Positions 1-14,200 of a DNA stretch of 64,000 nt are shown here, piece after piece. This stretch comes from Octopus sinensis (taxonomy: Eukaryota), in assembly GCF_006345805.1 (NCBI RefSeq), contig NC_043012.1, positions 3,968,001 through 4,032,000 on the forward strand. Direction: 5' to 3'. Under the pieces are notes generated by a model. That model searched no databases. It was not told where the DNA came from and was given only the letters and a program-made list of their open reading frames with translations. Within the stretch, counting starts at the first letter, position 1. Each line of letters begins with the position of its first letter. The position numbers were made by a program, and so were the translations under genes.

Positions 1-1134
1 TTACTTTGACATTTTTTACATCTTTAAAATAGATTTACTCAAAATTTCACCCCTAAAGATGAGGTTAATGATCCGAAGAATTACGATAATAATGCTTTAA
101 AGTTAGATATATAGCTCCAGATCATCTCTGACTGAAAACGACCACCTGGCGTAATATACCTAGGGCTACAATATCCTGTTTGCCCTTGTTTTAAAACTCA
201 GTACAGCATTGTCTGAGGAAAATTTGGCTGCTATATCTAGTAAGCTAAGCGGTCACTGAGAGGCTTCCCTGTTTTACAGTTTAGAAGGATAGATTAATAT
301 TAAATTTTGATAAGTTTTACATTAGAAATGAAGGCAATAGCTATCACTTCTCTCACCCAGCATGCATTAGATACTTAATCCGGAGTTGCTCCCAAGTTAA
401 CTTGCAATAATTAATAGATGTACATGTGTGTGTGTGTATGTATATACACACACACATGTATGTAGTCTTTACTAGTGTTTTTTTTTTGTTTAGTTTCCGG
501 GAGAGAAAATAAGTCCTTCCATTGTAAAAGCACGTGTATCAACAAGGTAACTCGTATGTAATTGCAAACAAAATTTTAAAATGAAAAAATATAAAAGGTG
601 TAATAATGTATAAATTTCGAAAAGCTGCAGTTTTCTAAAAGAGGCAAAGAAAACACAAAAAGTTAATATTTTCTTTTCGTTTCAGTATTTTGAATGTACC
701 AAGATGTTTTTATACATCCCTCCACAATTTTTCTGTTTAGGGACATACAAGTGCATAATTAAAAATGATCACCGACAATAATGGGAAATGTACAAAAATA
801 GTTTATGATGAATGACCGAAACGAATAAGCAAATGCTTTAAAGTATGTTGTTATTAAATAAATTTGTTTTCATTTCTAAACAGTATTGTGTATTTAATTT
901 ATTAAGGTAGAATCATAGGAAATAAGACATATCTTTAAAAGAATTACGTGTCATCTCATTTCGAAAAGGAAGCGAAAGTGTTAGAAACTTTTCGGAAGAG
1001 AAATTAATGAAGGCAGACGTCTGTCTTCCTAGACAATTATATAAAAGTCGAAAGTATTTGTTGACTAATGCCGAAGTGTGGCAATTTAAAATAAATATAT
1101 TATTTTCGGGAATGTTTTCTTAATAACTTATATA

Positions 1135-1513
1135 GGAGTGGCTGTGTGGTAAGTAGCTTGCTAACCAACCACATGGTTCCGGGTTCAGTCCCACTGCGTG
1201 GCACCTTGGGCAAGTGTCTTCTGCTATAGCCCCGGGCCGACCAATGCCTTGTGAGTGGATTTGGTAGACGGAAACTGAAAGAAGCCTGTCGTATATATGT
1301 ATATATATATTTGTGTGTCTGTGTTTGTCCCCCTAGCATTGCTTGACAACCGATGCTGGTGTGTTTACGTCCCCGTCACATAGCGGTTCGGCAAAAAGAG
1401 ATCGATAGAATAAGTACTGGGCTTACAAAGAATAAGTCCCGGGGTCGATTTGCTCGACTTAAGGCGGTGCTCCAGCATGGCCGCAGTCAAATGACTGAAA
1501 CAAGTAAAAGAGT
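1135..1513 (+). mobile_element. Young full-length tRNA-derived SINE (octopus OK/OR-type); older copies at about 1830, 22215, 33390(-), 49950(-), 52480, 52875, 59070(-), 60920
   Basis: A box TGGCTGTGTGG, B box GGTTCAGTCCC, CORE-like ccttgggcaagtg, central (TA/TG)n, and tail aaggcggtgctccagcatggccgcagtc. Confidence 0.9.
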
Positions 1514-2858
1514 AATGGTGTTGAAGAATGAGAAAAATTTATAATACCCCATGCTTTTAACAATTCGTTTCGACCATTCAGGTTAACCAAGTTATATTTT
1601 GTACATTTCCGAACCCGTTCGTTTCATTTGCGCGTGCGCAAATGCAAGTTAAATGGCAAAGAGCAGACGATATTTGTTTAACAAAAAAGAAATCAAAATT
1701 TTAAAATTTTTACGTTTTTCGACGCTAATTTTTTTCAACACTAATTAGTTAACTTATTTGTTAACATTGTTAAAAAAAAAACTTTTTTTTTAGGTGTTAT
1801 TTGAAATAACACTTTTTCACGCATATCTCTGTTGTAAGAAGTTTGCTTCTCAACCACAGGGTTCCAGGTTCGGTCCTGTGTAAAATTTGAGTGTCTTCTA
1901 CTACAGCTATGGACCGACTAAATTCTTGTGTGTGAATTTAATAGACGGAAACTGAAAGAAGCCTGTTGTATATGTCTATGTTTGAGAGCGGGCGAGTGTG
2001 TCTGTGTTTGCCCACCACCACCACAGCTTGACAACCGGTGTTGGTTTGTTTACGCCCTTATAGACTCGGCGGTTTGGCAAAAGAGACTGATGGAAAAAGT
2101 ACTGAGGTCAATTCATTCGATTAAAACCCTTCACGGTTGTACCCTAGCATAGCCGCAGTTCAGTGATTGGAATAATTGCGAGATAAAAGGTAATGTGTAG
2201 ACCCTTTCGTTGTCCCTGATTAGCCCCTTGTATGCCTTGTTTCAACAGACCGCTGTGATCAACTGTGTTTTAGTTGTGATTTGGCTACTATTACTAGCAG
2301 CTCGATTGATAGCATAGATAATTTCTCGTTCGCTCAATGGGACTTGGCTGATTGTTATTTCTTGTCGAGTCCTGCACCAGTAGATCTATGATCAAAGCCA
2401 TTCCACCTATGAGCACACCGTTTTATTTTATTTCAGGATTTATTTAAGTAATGAGCGGAGTTTCGGAATAGCTGTCACTATGTCATGAGGAAGGGAAAAC
2501 GTCTGGAATTGGAGAGCAAAAGTATTTTTCAAAAATTGAATTTTAGGAGAGAAAAAAGCAAAAACTCCTTTCACAATCGAAATCTCTGTATAAAACGCAG
2601 GAATACTAATTAAAAACATGTAATATCTCCATGAGCTATTACTTGCTATTCCGAAATTCCGTCAAATAATGTTTTTCAATATTTCTATAGATTTATGTGA
2701 CAAGGTGTCTTTTCCAACATTGTTGGACCACTACAAAGAATCTATCCCTGGTTGTTTCTTTAGCTCCACGTCAACATTCATCCAACATACCTATTATCAA
2801 AAGCATTCTACAGTCTACTATCTTGCCTTTCATTTCTCAGGCATTGTACTCCGGATTG

Positions 2859-2861
<3 letters not shown>

Positions 2862-2922
<61 letters not shown>
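2862..2922. repeat. (CT)n microsatellite
   Basis: Direct reading; other simple repeats include (GA)n 26805-26839 and (TA)n at about 15106, 15876 and 47308. Confidence 0.95.
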
Positions 2923-2925
<3 letters not shown>

Positions 2926-3324
2926 CGAAGAAAACGACAGGTCAAAACAAGGTATTTGGCTTTAAAACAACCAGGTGGGTATATCTGGAACGCAGAGTAG
3001 TCACAATGCTTTAAAAAAATAATAAAAGAAACAGATTGAATGTCATGGTTGGGATATCTCGAAAATAGAAATTCTTTAAGTTGGAATATAAAATGGTTGA
3101 TTTCTTTGTGTATGCAAAAAATAAGCATGTTAAAAGAGTTGCATGGAATCACACTCCGGGGATGGGGTTCAGATAAGGATTATGTTGATGAAATTTGGTT
3201 GTTTTTATTTCATTTTATTATTTGAAAATTTTCTATGTGAGGTATGGGTTTGGTTGCTATTTCGTACTATTGAAAACATCAGACAATATACTGTTTCTAA
3301 AGTGTACCGACTTTGGTCAACGTC

Positions 3325-3530
3325 TAAGTTGGCTGAACTGTTAGTACGACGGGCAAAGTGCTTAGTGGCATTTCATCCGTCTTTGCGTTCCAATTTCGCT
3401 GAGGTCGACTTTGTCTTCCATCCTTTCGTGGTCGATAAAATAAGTGCCATTCGAGCACCGACGGTGATGTAATCAATTACCTCACTACCACCGAAATTTC
3501 GAGTCTTGAGCCTAGAGTAGAAAGTATTAT
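3325..3530 (+). mobile_element. SINE with a Meta-like central domain (other copies about 25980-26200, 28545-28700, 29310-29445(-), 48630-48740)
   Basis: gaggtcgactttgtcttccatcctttcgtggtcgataaaataagt motif. Confidence 0.65.
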
Positions 3531-4620
3531 TACAGTCTGGTTTCTTCTCCGTCTCCAAGATTTTGTTTCCTCGTAACTTTTACAAATAATGCATATTTTG
3601 CACGTGTTAAGGAATCAATCAACGTATATCCTGCTTTACCTTTGTGGGGGTCTAATAATGCCGGAATATACCAGGAGTTCTCTCTTGTACTTGCTTGTAT
3701 AATTAAAATATTGAAGATGTAAACTGCTCCTAATTTATTTTGAAAACCTCAGTGGGAGGTAAATTCAGGGTGTAAGTATTACCAGAGTTATCCCCCCTGC
3801 TAGCTATAATCTAAATTCTCAAATTTAATTTTGCGAATCATAGAAATTTCCACTTTGAAGATAAATTATTGATACTTTTATCGCCTCTCCCCATTCTGTG
3901 AGATTGCAGATTAGAGTGTGATAACTATAAACAGAAAATTGAAAATTACTCTAGTTTTACAATCTTTCAGGCTCTAACTCATGCATATATTTGATATTAT
4001 GTTGTATTTGTGTATGTAGGTGTTTTACTGCTATTTCTAGCATGCTAGATCATCAAATTTACAAACATAGTTTAAAGACGAGAAACATTAAAATAATCCA
4101 CACAGGAACAACAAGGTTTGACAAATGGTATTTAACGCTTCGATGGAGAAAGCCAGTCATAACATTTCGGACTTTAGTTCTTCATCACAAGAAATGAAAA
4201 AAAAAGGACACAGAGGGAGCGAGAGAAATACTGTATTATATACTACAAACATATGTATATAATAGAGTAGTGTGGTTATAATTATTGCAGCTATTTCTAG
4301 CATGTTGGACGTTCGTAAGCCAACTGACCATTGGTACTGTGGGTATGTGTGCAGGCGCACACCTATATATGTCTGGTTAGTAGATTTCCATTCGACAAAT
4401 TTTTTATCGATCAAAGACTTAAATTCTAGAAATGGGAAATAAAAAAAAGTGCCAACTCTGATGTACGAAACTCAGGTACAAATTAATAACTATATTCAGA
4501 TCATAACTCAATAAGCCTAGCGCAGTTTGTCTTTACTAGTGGTTCAACAATATATGAAATACATACGATGTAATAGCACTCTCAAATCGCGAACAGGTAG
4601 CTTTTGTAACTGGAAGACAT

Positions 4621-5290
4621 TTTCTAGAAAGGCACACCTACACAAGTGTGCTTCCCACAACTTTGTTTCCACAAAACTTTCGGAAAAATAGATATTTTTC
4701 GATGAGATCTTCTACAAATACCTTTCAGGTGGTGCAGATTCAGATTATAACGGCATTTCCGAGGGTGAGGAGAAGAGCCTCGGAAAATCCACACGAACCG
4801 GCTTTGTTTCTTCATAACTTTTACAAAAGGGATATTCTAGATGGTGTAGATTCCGATTAAAGCAAAATTTAATAGAAAAAGAAATGGTGGGACACATACA
4901 TGCTATCACACATCGCATCTATCTACAAAATGAAACTTGAAATTATGAAAAAAGATTGGTATGTTAGTGTGTATGTGTGCGTGCCCCACCATTTTATTGT
5001 ATCAAATTCCGATATAATCGTTATCTACACCATCTGAAAGGTATTTGTAGAAATTTTCATTTAAAAAAATCCATTTTCTGGAAAGTTATGAGGAAACAAA
5101 GTCGACTCGTGTGAATTTTCCGAAACTCCCCTTCCACTCCTCAGAAAACTTTTTTGCAAACAAATTCTAACGTAATTGGAATCTACACTAGATGAAGCGT
5201 ATTTGCAGAAGATTTTATAAAGAAAATTACCACATTTCTGAAAGTTACGATGAAAGAAAGTTGGGGTATATATGTGAAGGTATGCCAGAA
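4621..5290. mobile_element. Fold-back element with long, internally repetitive inverted arms
   Basis: Left arm has two units of ctttgtttc..ataactt..ggtggtgtagattc; the right arm has their reverse complements. A lone unit lies at about 3560-3590. Confidence 0.65.
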
Positions 5291-6465
5291 AACGAAAGGA
5301 AAAAAAAAGTCGATTGTCGCCGCTTAGTTATAGTTCTGCTTGACTTGAATCTGAACAACTCAAACTATTAAAAGAATATAGGCACAAAAGATAAAACTTA
5401 TATCGACCACAGAAAGCAAAAGATCAAGTAGATCTCAGTAACGGGATATTTATCTTTAGTGTGTTTTTGTCATGCTCATTATTTAAGCAGCTTTTCTTTT
5501 AAAATAGAATTTCTAATTTTGTCTATGATATTATTCAATAATTCATTGATTTCTGGTGAATGCCTCGAAATCATTTTGGAGTTTCGGTTGCTTGAAAGCA
5601 ACGCACATGACTGGTTTCAATTTCGACTTTTCCACTACGATGTTATATGTGTAAGGGAGAGAACTCTATCGGTTAAAAAAAGGAAAACGCAAAAAAAAAA
5701 ACGATGCTTTGTCATTTCTGTATTTCTTTCGTATTTTCATTATCTCTTATCAAATATGCGAAATATTTTGCAATTGCACTCATAATTAACGTTAATAAAC
5801 GGTATCCGGTGTTAATACAAGAGAGTTAGAGCAATTAACAACAAACTATTACTCTTCAAACTCGTGATCTTCATCGTATTCGATTTTTGTCTTAGTTATA
5901 ATGAAGACCTGTGTCTTATAGAACAGATACCCTTGGATGTGTATAAAAAAATAAATAAAAGCAACCTTGCCGAAATAAATTTTCATTTATAACCAGACAT
6001 AATTTCCCCAGGTAAACTATCGATTGTGCAAGTCATCGATTTCATGCATTATTGGCTGTATGAGATGACTATGGGTACAAAGTGACACCAGGGGTTATAG
6101 TGAAATGGATCGACTACTATCACTGCGATATGTGTATTGAGTAATTTATTCAAATCGGTGTCAATGTCATCATCATCGTTTAACGTCCAAGACATGTTAA
6201 ATATAGCCAAATGATTAGAAATGTGTTTTGTGTAGCATAATTAAAAACGGCAAAATGCTAATTCATTATTCCTGACTGAACAGACCTATAATCAAAGGTG
6301 TTCTAACCATGACTGTTCATTCTGTTTCTTTCTCAGGTATTCTATATCTGGAACTTTGTTATCCCATGTGCCTTTTTTTTTTTTCTTTTCTCATTTCAAG
6401 ACAGTTGGGTGGAATTTGTGCGAGATTTGGCTGTTATTTCTAGTAGATCGAACGATCAAGTAGAA

Positions 6466-7180
6466 CAAGGGTGTCAAACTTGTTTGGCTTTGTCAACCAG
6501 ATTGAAGCATAAATAAAAATCTCAAAAGCTAGGTCTGGACAGTTATCCCTTTAATCCCTATCAATAATATAGGCCAAAGTAAATGGAGAAAGGGGTCAAT
6601 AAATATTATAACAACTTTATTAACAACATAGAAAGGAAAGAACATGAGATGTTAGCGTAAAGTTTGTGTGCAGAGATGTGTGGGAAAAACTCATCCACTT
6701 ATATATATATATGTGTGTGTGTGTGTAGTTCTGTTAAGAGTCCTCGTAGCGAGAATGAGATAGAAATTTTCCAAATGAATGCATACAGTTCTTGAGAAGA
6801 CCAATGATGGACAGAAAGCATATACTATTTCAATGTCACTCATATGACCAGAATCCATTTGGACAAATGTGCGTAAATTTGAAAAAGAAAATACTTCCGT
6901 TTGGCTCAGTATTTATAGTCAAACTAATGAAGAAAGTCACATCTTTTACTATATGATTCATAAGCTTCTTTTTTATTGGTTGAGATAACAAAAGATTCCC
7001 TAAGATGCACTCATTTAGTGTTAATCAAAACTCTAGTCAGGCTCTGAATCTAAATGCATAGTAGTGATATTTTACAGAATATTTGAAGAAAAAAAATTTC
7101 ATTTTTGTAAAATTGAGCTGAGAGACAGACTAAGTTGCAAACTAGATCTGGCCCGTGAGCCATACGTTTGACACCCACTG
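6466..7180. mobile_element. hAT (Charlie-like) non-autonomous element
   Basis: Termini CAAGGGTGTCAAAC / GTTTGACACCCACTG; the flanking 8-mers share TAGA; interrupts a dispersed repeat. Confidence 0.7.
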
Positions 7181-7524
7181 GTTTAGAGAACTTCCTTCTT
7201 GGTTTGCCTTATAAGAGTATGTTTTTTAGACAAGGTGCATAGCCAGTTTTGCAATGGAAGGCATCATAATAAAGGAATCTATTTGAAATTTATCAAAGGT
7301 AATTATTTGACTAAGTGGAATGACAAAGTTGGCAACAATGACTTTAAAAATCAGATTTGTGAATTACAAAACTAAATACATAACCCAGCATCAAGCAACC
7401 TTCTCTATCTTGACACCTCAAGAGCTAATAAAACAGGATAATCTTCTAAGTTAATTATTCAACCATCTCAGATGTTGAGCCAACAAGGGACCCTATATAT
7501 ATATATATATATAATTGACTAATG

Positions 7525-7720
7525 TGCTCCAAATAGCAGTCAAATCTTCTTCAGATCATACTCTGTTGTCTTAAAAAATGGAAGGACACATTGAATAACA
7601 TGGCCCTAGATATATGTCATTCTGCCTTGAAATAAAGACTAGATGATCATGACAGATACTTCTTTAATCATTAACTGCACCCTCAGAGCTCACCTGGGGC
7701 TAAACAAGTAAAGCGACAAC
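7525..7720 (+). repeat. Very abundant ~200-bp dispersed retroposon-like repeat (ctagaaatagcagccaaatctccctcaaatcacacc...ggggctaaacaacaac); roughly 20 decayed copies across the window
   Basis: Recurs in both orientations at about 120, 2200, 6280, 7870, 9600, 19900, 23490, 38210, 39880, 43730, 44420, 47770, 59700 and 63850. Confidence 0.75.
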
Positions 7721-9976
7721 AACCATCAGAGATGTAGCAACAACCTTCCAACCATCCCCTTAACAACTTAAGAATAGGCATCATGTACTTTAATGACTAT
7801 TTTGTTGAGGACAACATGCCCAATGAAAACAAGATGGACAAGGCTACAAAGAGCCTATATATGGTTGTTTGACCTGCTAGAAATAGCAGCCATACCATCT
7901 ACAAATTTTACTCTACTGTCTTAAAAAATGGCACACTGTACAATAAAGCCCCTGATATGAGAAAAAATGTTTGGTGGGCAGGTTATGGTTGGACATTGAC
8001 CAAAGTATTTATTTAATCAGGGATACACCAAACCAGACTTAACAGCAACTGCCCAGTGGTTAATAACTACAAGATGTATAGTATATTAATAGTTGCTTGT
8101 ATATGGCATATCAGAATTGCTGCCTTCTGAGTGGTCTTTAGTTGGGAATAATACAATATGGATATATGTATTCCACGCACACACACGTGTGTGGCTGCAG
8201 GTATCTGTTTGTCTATTTGGAACTACATTTTCCAGTGTACTGTTTCCAAATAAAAGATAGTAGATTATAATCTGAGTGAAATTTGGCAGCTATATCTAGC
8301 TGATCATATGACTTTGGCTCAAAATAAACTTTGTTGTGCTTGTGCATTCCCATATCAGTCATAATTGAACAAAACTATGGTAAAAAGTATTCTATTTATG
8401 ATAAACACTTTGTTACTATATCAGGAATTACATTGTTCAACATAACCTTAATTTAAGACAATAGGATGTGATTTGTGAATTTTAGCAGGTTGAGTATTCA
8501 TGTATCAGCTGCCTCTTGAATAAAGTTGCCAATGAACAATATTTATCTCATCTTCTCTCCCCTTTGTTTTTTCACTTTGTTTCATATCTTCAGAGTAGGT
8601 GACTGGACTAACATGCAAGTTACAAGTTAATCCACTTCAACAAAGTGGTTGCCTTTAGAGATGGTGTGAGTATTAAATGACCTAGAAAGGATAACAGAAG
8701 GAGAGGGTATTTTTTTTTTTGATCACATGTATAACATCAATACATAATTATCATACAATATATATATTTTAAACAGTTCAATAATTTATTAATGGAAATT
8801 TTAAAGTCTATTTTAACAAGATTTAAAATACCTCACATCGGAGTTTTCTTTTCATGTAACTATTATATCTATCGTTCATATTTTGTTTAAATATTTGTTC
8901 TTCGTTTAGTCTTAGATTAATTAGTTTTTAAATAAAAATAAAACAAAATCTCCAAATCTTAAAACACACACACACATTCATCATCATGATCATCACAATT
9001 TTTATATCTGCTTTTTCCAGGCCAGCATGGTTTGGACAAAACTTATTGAGACAGTATTCTATTGCTCAATGTCATTCCTGTCACTAATACTTGTTTTTCA
9101 AGTAGGATAATTTATTCCAGTGGTCTTCACATGCGAAAATACTGAGCAGGACATTTTGCTTATGGAGGATATAAACATCACTGCTACTCAAATTCTATCA
9201 GTGTGAAGACTGCGAAAACACATACATACACACACACATAATACATTTCCATACAGTCTCTGTTTTACCAAATTTCAGTCACAATGCATTGATGAACCTG
9301 AGGCTATGGTAGAAGATACTTGCCCAAGGTGCTATGCAGTGAGATCAAATCCAAAACCAGGTGTTTGCTAAGTGGGCCTTCTTAACCAAAAAGCCATATG
9401 TCCATTAGTGTTAAAAAGAAAGAAAAAGGATGTTAAATGGATCAATGTGTGACAGGACTTGATATAGTTCTTGGTAGTTTGTACATTGTTTCAACTTGCA
9501 TAGAACTTCATCTGACAATGTATCACAATTGCTTAGTCAACAACTGTCAGTCAGGCACCCTTGTTGGCTGGAGCCAATGATTGGGGTCTATATGTAGTCC
9601 TGCAATCTGCTCAAAATAGCTGCCAAATTTCCATCAAATTACACCTTGTTGTCTTGAAGGAGGGAAGGACGCATTGGATAATGAAGTTTTCAACATATTA
9701 CATATTTCTGAAAAGAGGGGCATAGTTGTGGCTCTGAAGAACTTTGACTTGGAGCCATATAACAACAACAATCATCAGTTGCAACTTCTCCCACTCAAAA
9801 AGAAACCAACCAAATATTAACACACAACTAGGTACTATTTAGAAGCTGGCACATATCTTTTCCCCACTCACTTCTGCCTAACCTCAATAAGCTCAATTTA
9901 TTTAGAAAGGTAAAATATCAAGAAATTTCTGAGTGTTATTTTCTCATTCTTTCTGCTGAATTTAAGTTACTGTGAT

Positions 9977-10016
<40 letters not shown>

Positions 10017-10490
10017 AAAAAAAAAAGGTGTTTTGAAAAATATGTAAAAATTAAAAGGAAAAAAAAAGCAAATAAAGCAAAGAGAAAACAAAAAGGTAAC
10101 AGAACAGAAACAAAACAAAAGAATTTCAAAGTTCCTGAGAAGATATTTTAGCTTTCAAAATGAATACAAAGACTTTATGAAAACATGATAGTGCTTGCTA
10201 CAAGAATCATGAAAGTAAGATTCCGCTTTCACCTAAAAAAAAATTTCAACAAAGAAAATTGTGCTCATCACGGTCAAAGGTCAAAGTTTAAAGACAAGAG
10301 GAGCAAGAGAAGATTTTTATAGATCATTTTTTTTTGTTTTTTGCTTGTTTGCTTTTCAATAAGAATGCATAGGTCTTTTTGTTTTTGTTTTTTATTTTAA
10401 GTTTTCAGTTGTAAATATTAAATGCTCTATATTTGAAATCAATTTTCAGTGGTCCCATGAGAATTGTGGCAGTTAGGAGATGATGGCTGA

Positions 10491-10565
10491 TTAACGGAAG
10501 TAGGCAACACCTAAAGAAAGTAATACCACAACCAAACTGCCAGCAATGATCGACCATTTCCAAGA
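10491..10565 (-). CDS. FKBP8: FKBP8 last coding exon (SWKWSIIAGSLVVVLLSLGVAYFR*; tail anchor)
   Basis: Acceptor TTTTCAG; hydrophobic stretch flanked by basic residues; TAA at 10493-10491. Confidence 0.92.
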   Translation of the reverse strand, partial: SWKWSIIAGSLVVVLLSLGVAYFR

Positions 10566-13500
10566 CTGAAAAGACAAAATGAAAAGAAAAAAATTAATTG
10601 AACACAAAATATTTAAATGATTGTAATAAGACATTACTAATTAAATTATAATTTTCAGACTATTAACCTCATCTTTAGATTTGAAATATTTACATCTCCA
10701 CATTTTGAAGGTGCAATGGTTTTGTGGTTAGGGTGTTTGGCACACGATTGTCAGATCAGAGGTTCAGATCCTGGATAGGGTCATTGCATCGAGTCCTTGA
10801 GTGGGGTCTTGGACCCGTACACACTCTACCACCAGAGACACTTATGTGTGAGGGGTAGCACTAAATCTGTTTATAAACAATATACCAGAGTGTTACCCCT
10901 TTCGTGTCACCAGCCATAACTCCTCTTTTTATTTATTTGTGGGTGACATCCATAGCCCATTTTGATCACCATTCATCACTCAATCTCTCTCACACTCCCT
11001 CCTCTCTCTCAGAAGCAAGCATGTGACTGCCATTACTTTCTCTATTCTATTACTCACCCTGAGCATTATCACCACCTCTCTTCTATCACCTTCGCGCCTC
11101 AATCACATTTTACTCTCTTCACACTTTTGCTCATCTTGCTTACCAATTCACCCAGTATTGTGTCATTGCTCTCTATTCATTCCTTTTTAGCCACACAGAC
11201 TTAAGTAAATGGATTTACTGCAGGGTTGAGGGGACCCTTTAGTCTTCTTGTCAAGAACATGACCACCTCTCTGATGTTGGTGTCAGACTAAAATGGACCC
11301 AGTACACTCTGTAAAGTGGTTGGTGTTAGGAAGGGCATCCAGTTGAAGAAACTGTGCCAAAAATTGGAACATGTGAGCATGATGTGGTCTCCGCAAACTG
11401 TTTAGGTGGGCAGTAACTCCGAATAAGAAGAGACTTCATCCAACCCATATTAGCATGGAAAGTAGGTGTAAAATGATGACAATGATAAAAATGATATATA
11501 ATAATTGAATTGTTATATTTTGGGACGGTCATTTTTTTCTTGCCAAATAAACACATGCTCCATATATTCGTTCTTCACTCATTTATTATAGTTCTTATTT
11601 TATCTTATGTCCATTATCTGGAAATATTTCATCACACATCTGTGACCCCTTCAGAGACTCTTCTATCCCATGTGTATCCTCCTGTTCTGTTTAGTCCATT
11701 CTGTATTTCTAAAAAGACAGAATGGACTAAACAGAATATAGAAAGACAGAGTAGACTAAACAAACCAGGAGGATACACATGGAATGGAAGAGTTGCTGAA
11801 GAGGTCACAGGTGTGTGACAAAAGATTTCCAGACAATGGACATAAGATAAAATAATAACATTAATAAATGAGTGAAGAATGAATATACAGCTTGTGTGTT
11901 TATTTGGCAAGAAAAAAAAGAAAAGATTACCCTCTCAAAATATAACAATGTCTGTATCAACACATGATTTCTCATAAGGAATTTTGCAAAACAAATTCAT
12001 AAAAATAATGGAATTGAAAATAAGATAATGAAATACAGGTAAGTCAAGGGGTTTGGGAATAAAAATAAAATGTAGAAATTTACCGAATAATCTGATGAGG
12101 GTTTAGAAGGGGGTTTATCAGTTCGGAACATTTTCTTACACATATTGCGCTCAGACTGTGTCTCTTTCGATAACTTTTTGGTAAGTTTCGATAATTCCTG
12201 ATGAATAATCTGAAATGAAACCCAAGACGTTACATAACAGCAATCTTATAACCTACAAGTAAATTCCTAGCTAGAGAGAAAGACAGCAAGAGAATCACAA
12301 AGACAAAATATGAGAATCATCATCATCATCATTTAACGTCTGTTTTCCATGCTGGCATGGGTTGGACGGTTTGACAGGAGTTGACCAGCTGAGTGGGCTG
12401 TTCAGGCCCCATGTCTGTTTTGGCATGGCATGGCATTGGTTTCTATGGTTGAATGCTCTTTCTAACGCCAACCACTCTACAGAGTATACTGGGTGCTCCA
12501 ATCCAGTACTAGCATGGGTGCTTTTTTTTATGTGGCACCAGCACTAATGAGACTGTAAGATTAGGGATGCTCAGCTGGAAGGGGGTTGCAGGAGATGAGC
12601 CTGAATGCAAGGGCAACCACGCTTTTACTTAGCCTGATGTGTCTTTTTAAGCACAGCAAACTGCCTGGAATCTCAGCCCCCTGTCATCCCCTCTGTGAAT
12701 CCCAACATTTGTAGATCCTTTCTTATCACTTAGTCCCACATCTTCCAGGGTTTACAATTAGAGATTGGCACCTCTTGATGCAACTGTCTTCTTTCATACA
12801 CATTACATGGCCATACCAGCACAGTCTTCTCTCTTGCACACTAAATCTGATGCTATGCATACCCAGTTTTTCTCTCAGATCACTTACACTTTGTTGTATA
12901 TGCACACTGGTGTTTCCCATCCAGTGAATCACACTGGCTTTATTTCTTTCAAGTCTTTGCATATTCTTAGTAGTCACAGCCCATGCCTCACTGCCATGTA
13001 GCATAGCTGTTCTTACACAGGCATCATACAATACACTTTTCACTCTGAGAGAGAAGCCCTTCATTACTAACAGAGGTAGTAGCTCTCTGAACTTCAACCA
13101 GCCTATTCTTATTCTAGCAGCTACACTTTCAGAACAACCCCCACCCCAACTATGAATTAGGTCAACTAAGTAACTGTCTGCTACTTCTAGGGATCTCCCC
13201 TGGCATATGAGGGACTTTTTTTTTGTACATTTCTGATGTTTAATGCATCTGCACATCTGCCACAAGTAAAGACTACTTTCTCCGTTAGTCATCTAGTGAA
13301 ACTGCTGCACCTTTTATGTGTCCATAGCTTGCACTGGGTACACATTAGGGAGTTTCCCCTGACACTTTTTCTACATATTGAGCAGGACCATCTCCCTGAA
13401 GGGATCTGCAATTTGTCTGTTTTCCTACTTATCAATACTTGGGTCTTTGCTAAGTTAGCTCTAAGGCCCTTTGATTCCAGACCTGAAATTTCTTCTCTAG

Positions 13501-14169
13501 TTCTGGTAGTGATTTAGCAATAAGAACAAGGTCATAGGCATAGAGGAGCTCCCAAAGGCAGCCAGGCTTAAATTCCTCAGTCATAGCTTGTATATGGATG
13601 AAAGGGTTTATGTAAGTCAGCAACAAGAAGAGGATGACTTGACCACCAGAAATAGCAGCCAAGACAGAGATGCAAGAAGGCCAGGGGACAAAGACTTGAC
13701 TGTCGGAAATGGCAGCCAATACAAAAGATCAAGGACAGCTATGCTAAAAGCAGTAGAAATCACCACAAAATAAGGAAAGATATGGGGTTTGTAGAAATCA
13801 GGGACGAAAGATTATAAAAATTAAAGCAAGCAAGGGGCATCAAAAATTATGATTATGAAATTTAACTTAAATTAAATTACTGGCATTTTATGAGGTAGAA
13901 ACACAAAATAGATGAATGATGTACAATTGAGGCAAGAGAAAGGTTCACTTAGCTTTGCTGGACATGTTGTTATGCATGGATAATAACAAGCAGTATGAAA
14001 ATGATAAAAACAAAATATCAAGAAACAATAATAGAATGACAATGAAAGGTTGTACAAGAATTACAGAGGTGCCTTGACCATCTTAAATGATTTTTTTTAA
14101 AGCAAATATGACACAAGTTTAGATTTTCATTCATGTGTGCCAGGTAAAAATCTCCAAAAAGAGACATTA

Positions 14170-14200
<31 letters not shown>

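Noticed and set aside
1100-1544. Recurrent short ORFs such as HLPKVPRSGTEP, QSFDCGHAGAPP and GAFYVPPA across the window
   Set aside because: Translations of SINE and RTE 3'UTR repeats, not genes.
2669-3152. ORFs with SL/ER dipeptide runs
   Set aside because: Translations of the (CT)n microsatellite.
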